DNA of 64,000 nucleotides from Octopus bimaculoides (GCF_001194135.2 NC_068990.1:59358376-59422375), one strand, 5' to 3'. Positions 39,868 to 53,193 are shown, numbered from the stretch's first letter. The notes: a model not told the origin generated them from the letters alone. A program made the numbers and translations.

Positions 39868-40086
39868 TACATGAGGGGGTGCTGAAAAGTTCCTGGCTTT
39901 AAGGGTATCACAAAAGGCCTGGTTGGAGACCCAACCTTCTGAGTTCTTGTACAGGGTTCAGAAAAACTGAAGAGCAGCTGCAATAAGTACGTAAATCTAA
40001 GAAGGGAATATGTTGAATAAAATCATAATTAACTGATCTTACTGTATTTTCTTTTACCCAAAGCCAGGAACTTTTCAGCACCTCTA
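39868..40086 (+). mobile_element. Short non-autonomous mariner derivative
   Basis: TIRs gggtgctgaaaagttcctggcttt / aaagccaggaacttttcagcacc; internal remnant QGSEKLKSSCNKYVNLRREYVE* resembles a mariner transposase C-terminus. Confidence 0.8.
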
Positions 40087-40091
40087 ATATA

Positions 40092-40127
<36 letters not shown>

Positions 40128-40135
40128 CATATATA

Positions 40136-40174
<39 letters not shown>

Positions 40175-40689
40175 CTTTTACTTGTTTCAGTCATTGGACT
40201 GAGCCATGCTGAGGTACAGTCTTGAAAGATTTTAGTTAAACAAATTCCTTGCGGTACTTATTTTTTTAAAGTCTGGTACTTATTCTATAGGTTTATTTTG
40301 CCAAACTGCTAAGTCACAGGCATATATAAACAAATCAACACCAGTTGCCAAACAGTGGGGGGTACAGACACAAAGACACACACACACATGCATATGTTTA
40401 GGTATGTATGTACACAATAGGGGCTTCTTTTAGTTTCTATCTACCAAATCCACTCACAAGACTTTGGTCAACCTGAGACTATAATAGAAGACACTTGCCC
40501 GAGGTACCATGCAGTGGAACTGAGCCCAAAGCCATGCTGCTGGGGAGCAAACTTCTTACTACACAGCTTTACATATTGGTGTGGTTTGAATGGGTCTACT
40601 TTTCACCATTATAATCTGTGATACTTGGCATCCTAAAATATGACAGCATCAATTCTTAGATGCCCCAGTTCCCTATAGGTGAACCTAAT

Positions 40690-40935
40690 TCTCAATGACT
40701 GAAGCTAATTACTCTTTCAACTCATCCCTTCCCACACGTCATCCTTTCACAGGTGCTATCTCACCCAGCATTTACCGACTGCTTCCACAAATCCCTCAGC
40801 TCACATCTTCAACTTCTACAGGAACACAACCACAGGAACTGTTTCCACGAAGTCCTCACTAGCTAGTGACTTCAATGCCCAATCAGCCTCTCAGCAAACT
40901 TGTGCTCTCTCTTTCATGAAGGTTAACATTCTAGA
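40690..40935 (+). mobile_element. Possible ancient LINE endonuclease relic
   Basis: Frame reading LASDFNAQ resembles the GDFNAH motif; a related stretch lies near 20900-20960. Highly decayed. Confidence 0.3.
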
Positions 40936-41447
40936 TCCAATAGATTGCGCTAGACACATTGAAAACTAAACAAGTAAAACTACAGGTTTTATCTCTACTT
41001 GAGCAGAAAAAGTGGCAGCAAATTGACTAGTTTCTGTTTTAATTTTCTTTTACCTTCATCTTCTGTCCACAGAGAAATTAGTAGTTTATAGCTATTTATC
41101 ATATATACAATCTAGGACTCAGCTAAACTACATTTCAAATTATTGAAAAGCAATGAGTAGACTACAAATGAATGAATTAATTTACTCCATGATATCAGTG
41201 TGTGCCTCATCATCATTTGATATCCGTTTTCCATGCTGGCATGGGTTAAATTGTTTGACAGAAACTGGCAAGGCCAGGATTCACACCAGGTTCTATTGTC
41301 TGTTTTGGCATGGTTTCTACGGCTTAATGCCCTTCCTAACACCAACCAGTTTACAGAGTGTACAGGGTGCTTTTTACATGGCACCAGCACTGTTAAGCAA
41401 ATCAAATAAACCAGTTTAGCTAAGTTTTAAGTTGTATATATTATAAA

Positions 41448-41633
41448 TACTGTGTTTTCCAGTATACAAGTTGAATTATTCTGACAAATTTACATCCAAA
41501 GAAAACAACTTTGGAGGACCAAAAACTCATTGTGAAATGCAGCAAGATTTGGAAAGCTAGTGGCAATGTTTGAAAGTTTCACAACATGCTTACATTATAT
41601 ACCACACTGACTTGTATACCAGAAAATATGGTA
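41448..41633. mobile_element. Tigger-like MITE
   Basis: tactgtgttttccagtatacaagt / acttgtataccagaaaatatggta inverted termini with TA flanks. Confidence 0.75.
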
Positions 41634-41731
41634 AATGTAAGCTACTAATCTTTCCATGGATGGAAAATGGATATTCTTTCTCCAATCCTAAGAAGATTAA
41701 AAATCAGAATGAGTCCACTTTTCTGTCCATA

Positions 41732-42139
41732 CTCTTTACTCTTTACTTGTTTCAGTCATTTGACTGCGGCCATGCTGGAGCACCGCCTTTAGTCGAGCAC
41801 TTATTCTTTAGTCGAGAACTTATTCTTTGTAAGCCTAGTACTTATTTTACCGGTCTCTTTTGCCAAACCGCTAAGTTACAGGGACGTAAATACACCAGCA
41901 TCGGTTGTCAAGCGATGCTGGGAGGACGAACAGAGACACACAAACACACACATATATATATACATATACATATATACGACAGGCTTCTTTCAGCTTCCGT
42001 CCACCAAATCCACTCACAAGGCTTTGGTCGGCCTGAGGCTATAGTAGAAGACACTTGCCCAAGGTGCCATGCAGTGGGACTGAACCTGGAACCATGTGGC
42101 TGGTAAGCAAGCTACTTACTACACAGCCACTCCTGCGCC
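41732..42139 (-). mobile_element. Full-length young copy of the dominant tRNA-derived SINE (family A; dozens of decayed copies in the window)
   Basis: Minus head ggcgcaggagtggctgtgt...ggttcagtcccactgcatggcaccttgggcaagtg, internal TA/CA microsatellite, tail ggcggtgctccagcatggccgcagtcaaatgactgaaacaagtaaag; CpGs retained. Other copies include 10270-11170, 19550-19915, 20505-20845, 30600-30950, 34975-35200 and 54530-54990. Confidence 0.9.
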
Positions 42140-44648
42140 TATAAATAAAATCTATGGCATAAACCATTTTATTTATCTTCATAGTGAGGCTGAAATTGTA
42201 TGCTGATTAAAAAAAAGGTATAGCCAGGGTTTCAAACATGATACACAGTGCACTGTGGATTAAAAAGAATTAATCATTGAAAAGTTTAAGAAAAGCAGTT
42301 AGTTGGCACAAGTGGCAAAGAACTGAATTAAATATCATATAAGATTTAATGTTAAACTTCTACCATTTTCAAGTCAGTTTTAACTTTCATGCTTTCACAG
42401 TTGGTGTAATATTTTTTGAATATATGGTGGGGTAGATATGAATGGCTATACACACTCCCCAACAAAAATCGGCCTATTGCCAAAGGAAGAAATCAATAAT
42501 GCGTGATAGACTAGCTATACAACAGAGCAGAGAAAATACCAAAAGACTACAATGAAGATGAAACTGAAATCAAGAAAGCTAGAGCCCATCAACATACAAC
42601 ATAAAATAAACCAGTGCAGAACCTGTTTATTTTCTTAGTGTGCTTGTTGTTGTTGTTGTGTTCTAGTTAGCATTTGTTTCAGTTTCAACAAAATCAACAA
42701 ACATTTGACTGATTAGTTATACTACCATTCAACCAAATTTTCTTTCACAGGAGAAAGTACTGTGTTCTTTACACTAAACAAGGACACCACAAACAACATA
42801 AAATATTGTGGCATTTATGCTTTACCCAATGATATTAGCAATCTAAATAGGAAATGAAACCAGGTCATAGAATTAATTTGCAGAGAAATTACTAATGCAC
42901 CACAATGCCTGCAACATAAAAGCTAATATAATAAACTAATTTCTAAGTAAATAGTAGTTATCAGAGATCAACACAAAAACATATTCTCATGAAAGAAGAG
43001 TTCAATCACACACACACACACACATTACAAAAATTCTATATACTGCACAATACACCCATTTTATTTCTTCATTTTGTGCTTTCCACTCAGTATGTATTTC
43101 GAATATTTTCAAGCTTGGGTGATACACTTTATCTTTTGCCTGATTCAAACACCACCCTCTGACCCTTCTACATATGGCTAAACATAAAACAAAAACAAAC
43201 AAAAGAAAATGCAACCCCAATCAATAAAAGAAACTCAAATTTCCAGAAAGCTGGTTTCATCCAATTTATATATCACAAAAGAACAGTGAGTATATAAAAG
43301 GACACTGATAGAGAATTCATTGTTATATTCAGCTCATTACTAAAACCGAGTTGCTCAGTTAACTTTCCCCACCCTCATTAAAGAATGATCATGTATCCAA
43401 CACAACATCAATAAATATGTATGCAATGACCAAAGCACAAATAGGGAGATATTGCAACAAAATAAAACTCTTAGGACTAAGCAATGGAGCAGGTTAGTAG
43501 TGCCAATACCATGACAATGATGATGGTGATACATTTCATGGTGTGTGAAGCTAATGCTTTCTAAACTGACCCTAGAGTGTTTTATCTAGCCAGTCGTACA
43601 GTGTGTTAATGAAGGGAAAATTTTTACAATATATTTTTGTAAATAGGCACAGATAGAGTGTTTCTTATTATGAAAGTGTGATTCAGTGTACACTGCTAAC
43701 TGCCATCAGATGAATGTCAAAGCAGTTTTTAGAAGGTAACTGAAAGATTTTGACAAATAAAGAGACAAAACAATGCTTTTGAATCAGGATTTGAAAATGT
43801 GTTCCTCATAATGTAAACCAAAATACGACTAAAATATAATGACTAATAAATGAAATGTTAGCTGCAACGTAAATCCAGTTTGAAAACTTGAGCAACTTTC
43901 AAAAGTTGTACCGAGTAAAGAAACACCCAGTACACTCTGTAAAGTGGTTGGCAATAGGAAGGGTATCCAGCCATAGAAATCGAGCCAAAACAGACTATGG
44001 AACCTGGTGCAGCTCCTGACCTTGCCAGTTCCTGTCAAACCCATCCAACCAATACCAGCATGGAAAATGGATGTTAAATGATGATGATGATGATGATGAT
44101 GAGAGAGCTACATCACCTTTAGTCTCCAAATGGTAGACAGAACAGCCTCCAGATATAGAGGTTAGCACTGAATATAGAAACAGGCTGTCCTGGATCAAAT
44201 ACAGGCTGCTTTTTAGCAAAGCGTAGCACCAAACAGCCACCCAACCTAGGGTTACAGGTGTAGCAATGGCAGACAACAAGAAAGCCATTTATTGATGAAT
44301 CACATCATCCACCAATGCTGGATAGAAGAACTTTGTGAAGTCAATGATCAGGATTACTGAGTTGCCAAAGTGTACTACAGCTAAAGTCTTAGGACCCAGC
44401 AACTATGGACATTACTAACTAATGAAAGACTTGAACTGGACAAGCTCAAAAATTGCTGATTTTACAAATAGTAATAAGAATCTTCATCTAGTAACCAATG
44501 TCAAATGTACTGCTATCACTTAAGTTTTGTGAGGACAACTTATGAATTGATTGGTATATGGATTAAAGGTTGTGTAGATTTTTTTAACTGACACACTGTT
44601 GGTGTCACAAGATATACTAATGTTATTTATTTATTTATTATTCTTACA

Positions 44649-44732
44649 CAAGAATATTGACAGAAAGTTTCGGCCAGTTAAGTCATCATCAGACTGGCCA
44701 AAACTTTGAAGTCACTGTCAATAATATTCTTG
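44649..44732. repeat. Inverted duplication carrying a hammerhead-like core
   Basis: caagaatat..gacag..aaagtttcggccagt / actggccaaaacttt..ctgtca..atattcttg; minus strand has CTGATGA (44692-44686) and GAAAC (44671-44667). Confidence 0.6.
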
Positions 44733-45147
44733 TTTTTGAATGATAAATATGTACTCTACAAAAGTAACAACTAACCCATCAGATTAATGTAAAATTGTTT
44801 TTATTATAACTGAACATAAAAATAAACATTAATATATACATATATAGTTCAGAGCTGAGATCCAGAGATTCTCCATATAGATGACACTTAGCAGGGCTCA
44901 AAAAATTCTAATTGCTTATTTATATATAGATATAGATATATATGCACACACACACACACTTTAAATATTAAAATTTAACACAAGAGAAAAATTATTGAGA
45001 CATTATGTTCAAAATGTTGGAGCCAAAAGATAATTTATATATCATATATAATTATTACCACTGACTAACAATGCAACATAATTGGAATATATGTGAATAC
45101 CATTAATACTAAAACATCCAAATGCCCCTGACAAAATTTTGAATAAA

Positions 45148-45961
45148 ATGTGTGAACAGCCTCATTTAAGAAGAGTGAATCATTTTTAGATAAGCAGTCA
45201 ATATCAAATGTCTTGAAATTATATTCGAAAGAAGATTTACTTTTGAATACCAACACAAACACAAACAATCCACGGTTCAGAATGAGAGTTGCCCTTTAGA
45301 AAACCTGTAAACATTAAACAATGTCAGCTGCAAACATCACCAGACCATATGTCAGGTTAGCCAACATTCACCAAACAAAGCAAATCATCTCAGTTTTCAG
45401 GTGGTTCCATCATGACTGAAACTATTCTCATCATCATCCACTACTTAGCATTGATTGATTTTTTTTTTTTTTTTCCCCCATGAATCGGTTCAATAGGTTT
45501 GCCTAATGGCCTTTATCCAGCTTTTCTCATGAGCTTGATCATTTCATCTATTAACCCTACTACCCTATATCAATATATTAATAAGCACTTTGTATCTTTT
45601 TGGCCAACCTCTATTCTGGATATTGTTTATATATTAACAAATCTGCACACACTACAAGTACCACTGGATGTGGCAATGCTTGTTTTAATATTATATAACT
45701 TCTCAATGACAGAACAGTGAAATTGTCTCACATACACACACATACTATCATCATCATTGTCATCAACCTTCATGTACACTCTTTTTCCATGCTGGCATGG
45801 GGTGGAATACTGTTGAGGCTGTATTGTACAACTGAATGCCTTTTGTTATGCTGATCCACACTTGTTTTCAATTAAGCTAATTCACTGTGGATTCACATTA
45901 ACTGAGCTGCTGAATGGGGGACATAAACATTGTTACTGATAACTGAACAGTGTCAATGCAG

Positions 45962-46009
<48 letters not shown>

Positions 46010-46177
46010 GTTTCCAAACAATTTTCATCTACTAAATTTTACTTGTACTGATCAACCTGAAGCTGTAATAGGAAACACCTGCCCAAAGTAACATACTATG
46101 TGATTGAACCCAAAACTACATGGTTGCAAAGCAAACTTCTTAATCACACAAGCATTCCAACAGCTATAAATATACAT

Positions 46178-46216
<39 letters not shown>

Positions 46217-46238
46217 GNNNNNNNNNNNNNNNNNNNAT

Positions 46239-46279
<41 letters not shown>

Positions 46280-46896
46280 AAAAAAAACACAAAAAACAAC
46301 AAAGTGAGGACGTGATACGGATAGTGTTATTGGACGCTCGGGAAAGGAAGGAGAGAGAGTAGATAGATAGATAGATAGGTTTCAAAAATTTAACAAAAAC
46401 ACAACATACAGAAAATTCATAGCTAATTCCTCATCAGTCAACATCCTGTAGGACTGGAGATGAGAGAAGGACAGATAGGAAGTCAGAATGAAGGAAGAAG
46501 TAAAGTATTAGGGAGGAAAAGAGAGAGAAAGAGTGTTGGTGGAAGGCAAAAGATAGACAAAGAAAGAGAAAGAGACAAGAACTTTTGAAGAAAATGTGTG
46601 TGAAAAGCCTCGTTTAAGAAGAGTGAGTCATTTTTAGATATGCAGTCAATATTAAATGTCTTGAAATTATATTCAAAAAGGTTTACTTTTGAATACCAAC
46701 ACAAACAATCCACGGTTTAGAATGAAAGTTGCCCTTTAGTACACCTGTAAACATTAAACAATGTCAGCTGCAAACATCACCAGACCACATGTCAGGTAAG
46801 CCAATATTCACTGGACAAAGAAAATCATCTCAGTTTTCAGGTGGTTCCATCACGACTGAAGCTATTCTCAATATCATCCACTACTTAGCATCGATT
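45148..46896 (+). repeat. Diverged direct repeat of about 300 bp (45148-45456 and 46595-46896)
   Basis: Colinear match from tgtgtgaa.agcctc.tttaagaagagtga to catccactacttagcat.gatt, with scattered substitutions and small indels. Confidence 0.9.
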
Positions 46897-46983
46897 TTCT
46901 TATATATATATATATATATGTATATATATAAAAGAAAAGGCACAAATAATAGGCTTTACACATTTATTCATTTGTGTATCTTA

Positions 46984-47327
46984 CACTTACAGTTGTTTCT
47001 ATTAAGCATTTTAGGTGCATTCATGGTTCCATTTATTCAACAGGTCGATTGGAAAAAGTGAATGCTGTATACAAATACTATCGTCTTCAGAGTTCGCGCA
47101 GCATGTGCCAAAGTAAATGCAAACAAAAATATGAAAATTTTTGTCTTCGCTCCTCTTTCTATATCTTTATTACTTTTTATTTTTCCATTTACTTTGGTAC
47201 ATGCTGTGCAGACTCTGAAGACAGTATTTGTAAAGATCATTCACTTTTTTCAGTCGATCAATTGACCGACTGAATAAATGGAACCATGAACTCACCTAAA
47301 AAAGCATATCAGAAACAGCTGCGAGTG
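46984..47327. mobile_element. Foldback element/MITE with about 140-bp inverted arms
   Basis: 46984-47125 is the imperfect reverse complement of about 47180-47327; explains the mirror ORFs 47037-47240(-) and 47062-47265(+). Confidence 0.85.
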
Positions 47328-47514
47328 AGTGGATTTGGTAGAGGAAAAGTGGAAGAAGCCGGTTTCATATTTTTTTCATTTACCAAGGCCTATTTNNNNN
47401 NNNNNNNNNNNNNNNNNNNNNNNNNNNNNNNNNNNNNNNNNNNNNNNNNNNNNNNNNNNNNNNNNNNNNNNNNNNNNNNNNNNNNNNNNNNNNNNNNNNN
47501 NNNNNNNNNNNNNN

Positions 47515-48624
47515 GGGTAGGCTACAACAAGACACATGCCAGGCATTCCATTCATTTCCCAGCTCAGAGGCAAGCCCCATCCTATGCTCAGGTCAAGGCA
47601 TATCAGCAGTGGGGCCCCGACATCAAATGCTGTTTACCCCTGCCGCATCATGCTGGTTCCATACCCCTTTGAGCAACATCAATTCACTCATTCATCCACA
47701 AACACTATCCAAGCTTTCCTATCATTAATAAATTCTCTTGCCTCTCTCTCACTCCAACACCGCTAACCACCAAAGCTTTCCTCACTACATCCATCCACAC
47801 AAACCAAGGTCTGCTTCTGGTTTTATTGCCTACCATTTCTGCCTTCATCACCTTCTTTACCATTCACTCTTCATCCATTCTCTCCATGTGGCCAAACCAC
47901 CTCAACATTCGTCTATCCATTCTGATACATAGATTTTCTCTCATTCCTGCTCGTCTTCACACCTCCTCATTCCTCATCCTGTCCATCCATGTCACACCAA
48001 CCACAGCCCTCAAACATCTCATCTCAAACACATCTAGTCGCCTCCTTTCTGCCTCTCTCAGACCCCTCATTTCTGCACCAAATAACATTTTCGGCACAAT
48101 CATGCCCTCATACAAATCTCTTTTCGTTTTCATATTTAACGCTTTATCTCTCAGCATACCTTTCACAACTCCAACTATCTTACTCCTCTCCCTCACTCTA
48201 TATCCCACCTCCTCAGCCAATCCCCAATCCACCGTAACATGTGATCCCAGAAAAACACTCACCTCCTCTAACATCTCACCATTTATACTCACATCCATCC
48301 TACCAGCCATTCCATCACTCGAACATCTCATCACCTTACTCTTAGCTACATTCACTTTCAGTTTCCTCCTCTCACACACTCTTCCAAACTCTACCACCAG
48401 TCTCCTCAGTTGCTCTTCCGAATCCACCACCAGTGCTGCATCATCAGCAAACAACAACTGACTCACCTGCCATTTCTCTCCATTCTCACCCACCATTTGG
48501 GCTCCCCTACAAATGGTTCAAGCGTTCACCTGTCTCACCATACCATCTATATATAGATTAAACAGCCATGGAGACATCACACAACCTTGTCTTAACCCCA
48601 CCTTCACGTCAAACCACCCACCCT
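47515..48624 (-). mobile_element. 5'-truncated RTE-clade LINE (RT domain, C-terminus and 3' UTR)
   Basis: VGLRQGCVMSPWLFNLYIDGMVRQV, then the 179-aa ORF 47957-48496 with QLLFADDAALV...KVNVAKSKVM...LDVFEMRCLR; the 3' end runs into the gap at 47396-47514. Confidence 0.92.
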
Positions 48625-49108
48625 AATGCATATGTATAGTGGAGTCAATTCAGTTGACAAAAGTCTTTCAAGGGGGTGCCTCAGCATGGCTGCAGTCCAA
48701 TGACAGAAACAAACAATAAAAGATAAAACAGTAAATAGTGCTACAGACAGAAATCACTCTTCCCAACATGCTTGTCATGTCAATACAATTAGACTACTTA
48801 CTAAATGTACCACAGACAGTTTGCCTTAAATAAGACAATTTATAGCACACTCATTGGTTAAATAGCATACAAATTAAATTTGTTAGTAGCTCAATCTGTT
48901 GTAAACACAACCATCACATTTGCTTTCATTACTTACAACAATGAATGGAATGAATGGAAATTCTTTGTTTATCCTAAATGAAACTATCAATGAAATATCG
49001 CTTTTAACAGTGTATCTCCAGTTTTAGTTTAGAATGTTAGTGAAAATATTTCCTATACATTCATTTATCCTTATAGCTTCACATAAAAATTACATGATAT
49101 TATTATTG

Positions 49109-49336
49109 TTAAACCTTTTGGCACATAAACTGGTCATATCCAGCCCAAATATTCTACCTGCTATATGTCTGAACCAACTAAATCCAGCCTCTCACACCCT
49201 ACCCAACAATGTCAATCTAGAAATAAACAATCAAGTCATCAAAATCTTGATGCAACAAGATAAAGCATGATTGATTCAAAATAATATGAATAAATAAGCA
49301 TTACATTTGACAGTGATCAGAATGTTAAGGGGTTAA
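49109..49336. mobile_element. piggyBac-like MITE
   Basis: ttaaaccttttggc...aatgttaaggggttaa; same family body. Further decayed copies near 24650-24856 and 28810-29018. Confidence 0.7.
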
Positions 49337-50133
49337 CTTCAGGATCCAACAGACATGATAAAAATCAGTCATGATTTTCCTGTATTTTATTTGGACAATG
49401 TATATACCTATTATTTTTAAATCACTAGGAGGGTGTGGTTTGAGAGTGATTTGGCTACAATTTCTAGCAATTTGAGCAACCATATGATGAACCCATATTT
49501 TACTTAGATATAAATGTAAGACAACATTAATCAATGTGCTGGTTTCTTTTTAGATTAAAAGGAGGGTGTGTTTTAGTAGTGATTTTACTGCCATTTCTAG
49601 CAAGTTGAACAACCATACTGTGACTCATGTCAGCCCAAATAAATGTTTGTTGTGTCCTAATGCCTAAATACAAAACATTTTGCTTAAACGAAAAACAATG
49701 TCAATACTGTCTATTTTAATCAAGAAGTAACATCACTCTTCAATATGTGCTGGCTAAAGCAGGCCACTTCCTTCAATTTATTGGTTATTCATGTTGTTCA
49801 TGAATGAAACATTTCAAAACTAGAGGCAATGATGATTTGGCGAGATTGCTAGAGTATCAGAGAAAGTATCTTGCAGTATTTAGTTACAATCTTATATGCT
49901 CTAAGTTCAAATTCCACTGAGGTCATCTTTACCTTGCATCCTCTCAGAGCTGAAAGTGCCAGTCAAGCAGAGGGTCAATCCACATTCCTTGATGTGAATG
50001 GAATTACAATAGAAGAGATTAAGACTAAAATGAATGGAATTATAACACTGTGTGACATGATTTTTTCCCTTATGCGGCAATTGTTATTTCCCATTTACTT
50101 ACCCCTAAAAAGTACGAAAAATGGCCAGTATTT

Positions 50134-50430
50134 CCTTCAAACTTTGCTTCTGTTACATTTATTCAAACCCCAAAGAATCTCTTGACACGTGGCTATGATG
50201 CTGTCCCATTACTCCAGCTCATGATCAGAGACATATTGTCAGCCACTAAGAGACATGCTCAAGTGGTTATGGTGAAGCAACTGACAAGCAAATCTGTGGT
50301 ACTCAGCAGAATATTTGCTATAATGATATTTCTGCTTCAGCAACTCAGCACTGAATCTGTCTGAAACGTAATGGAAAACAGGTCAGTCTCAAAACATTGA
50401 TGTCAAGGTCGCAAAAGCAAAGTTTGAAGG
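50134..50430. mobile_element. Probable MITE with 16-bp perfect inverted repeats
   Basis: ccttcaaactttgctt (50134-50149) / aagcaaagtttgaagg (50415-50430). Confidence 0.5.
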
Positions 50431-52212
50431 GATTAGTAGTCATTTCCTTTGATTTCTAGATAGAAGCAAATAGGAAATAATACTTACTGACCAAAGACAA
50501 AAGAAACAATTAAAATTTTGTTACACAGTGTAATAGAAGATTATGACAAAAATCAACCATTATTCTGATGGGTATGTGACATTTTGGCACAGATGTTTGG
50601 CACTGCATATCTGGTATCACTAATTTGATGCAAACTTATCTGACACCAAGCATTTTAATGTTTTTCATGTTCTCTTCTCACTTTCTCTCTCTCTCTGTTT
50701 ATGTCATCATCACTTAGTGTCCACTGTCCATACTGGCATGGGTTGGATGGTTTGAGCAGGGCTGGTAAGCTGAGAGGCTGCACCAGACTCCAATCTGACT
50801 CCATTCTACGGCTAGATGACCTTCCTAACACCAACCACTTTGAGAATGTAATAGGTGCTTTTACATGCCACCGGCATGGGTTCCAGTTGCATAACACCAG
50901 TAATTGCCACAACTTTGTGTGTGAGCATATTCCTCTTTATGCATATGAGGAGAGGGGCAACTGTTTACATCAACCCTGTTCATTTTTCTCTCTTTGTATG
51001 TGTATATTTCTGCGCCTGTGTGCATGTGTGTAGGTATTTGCTTCCAATGCCAAAAGGTAGTGTCACTAAAACAGTTTCAATAACCAATCAGCCGTTCCAA
51101 ATCACCAGCATCCAAAGTCTCAGTCCACATCGTGACTGCAGAGATATTCTCAGGATTTCAGTCTTTTCTCACACTGTTAACAATTGAAATGCTCCTTCGT
51201 CTATATAAGGTATAGGTAAGCCTTTACTCACAGCAAGCCTGAAGGGATATTGCTCATCAAAAACCAGGATACACATTTATAAGATTAACCTAAACATCAT
51301 AGAGTGTATAGAAAACACCAAATATTCCCATTTTGAATTTGCTTAGTTTTGATCTGAAACCATATGTTGAAGTCAATAATGTTATAGTTGAAAAGAGTCA
51401 TAATTAATAAAGCCTATAAAAACACTTCCCAAAAATGTTGCTTGTCTATAGATAAACATCAATTGTTTTGAAAAAACAGAAGTGAAATACAGACAAACAG
51501 CAACTGGTGAATGTGTTTATAGGTTTTATCAATTACAGCTCTTCCCAGATATAACAATAACTATATATATTCCATTTAGTGAAACATTAAGATTTGATAA
51601 TGAGGGCACATTCTGTAATGTGGTTGGTATTAGGAAGGGTATCAAGCCACAGAAACCTCACCAAAACAGGCAGCAGATTTCGTGCAGTCTTCTAATCTAT
51701 CAATTCCTGTCAAACTGTCCAACCTCTGCCAGGATGGAAAACAAACACTTAATGATAATAGATGTTCAAATTAACAGAGCTAAGCCTTAAGTTTAGTTAA
51801 AAAAGTTAGAGTTTATATAATCATGACATTATATGTACCATACACACACACACACACACAAATATTAAAGGGTTGCAGGTTGCCAATAACTACTCTATAC
51901 CATGATACAAATTATTTTAGCTCAAGAGTGGAAATCTTTAACTCCCTAAGAATGAGATAATTCAAACAACAGAAACAGGGGAGTCAGATGCTAAAAGTGG
52001 AACATTCCAAGAACAGAAGTAGTGAAACCACTTAAAACATTACATTATCTCAACACACACACACAACTTCAATATTTCATAAATCTAGGATTGCTGAGAG
52101 AACCAGGCCAGATAATTTAACCTAATTAGTTATCTTTTCCCTATGGTTAGGGTTCAAATTCCATTGAAGTTACATTTGCTTTTATCCGGCTAGTACAAGA
52201 AAATTTCACCGG

Positions 52213-52421
52213 TACTGTATTTTCCATACAAATTGAATTTTTCAGGCCAAAATTTACAGTCAAAAATGGTAGGTTGACTTGTACACCAAGACAACTTTGG
52301 AGAACGAAAAAGTCAATGTGAAATACAGCAGGATTTGGAAAGAAAGTGATGATGTCTGAATATTTAACACTACATGTTTATATCATGTGCTACATTGACT
52401 TGCATACCGGAAAATACAGTA
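52213..52421. mobile_element. Tigger-like MITE (same family as 41448)
   Basis: tactgtattttcc / ggaaaatacagta termini; shared internal acaactttggag...tgtgaaat.cagca.gatttggaaag. Confidence 0.75.
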
Positions 52422-53162
52422 ATGTTGTTGGGTCAATTCATATGATTATATCCTAACCTGTTTTAAATTAATGTTTTACAGGGATTAAAAGGAACACCTT
52501 TGTGCCTTGCAGAAATAAAACCCTAACAAAAATCAACACAGCTATTGTTCTATAAGACTTTGTGACAACAACCAGATGTTTTAATGAATTTATGATGTAC
52601 ACTTTCATTATACAGCATCCAGAAGAATTAATTAGTTGATTCACATAGTTTAAAATCTCAAACTAAATCAACTAATCCATACAGTACTTCATCAAATGAC
52701 CAAATAAATGAAAACTGGATATCAAAAGCTCATAAATTGCTAACATTTATCAATATAATTTTCATTGCTCATTTCAATAGGACTTCATACCTATGGAAGA
52801 AATGGTCATTTACTTCAATACAACCATTTCAGGTGGCAAACGTAATCTGTCAATTAACATGACAACCATATGAAGCTTGGTGTGTCTTTAGTAGTTCATC
52901 TGTTGCAAGAATTTGGTCTGAGGGCACCCCACATTTGAATCATGATATCTAATCCCCTTTTCCCAACTAGTGTCAGAGGCTCTTGTCTAAACAATTAAAA
53001 AAAGAAAAATCTCTTCCACAAACAATACACAATTTTCATTTTAAAACATACATTGCATAGCAATGAAGCAGTCAATTCTTTAAACTTTTATTTAAATAGG
53101 TAGTACCTGAATTACCAATATGATTCAGCAGTTACAATGCATAATGAAGCTATATATATATA

Positions 53163-53193
<31 letters not shown>

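Noticed and set aside
41570-42106. 178-aa ORF and other ORFs ending in DTCPRCHAVGLN-like peptides
   Set aside because: Translations of the antisense SINE-A body, recurring in many copies.
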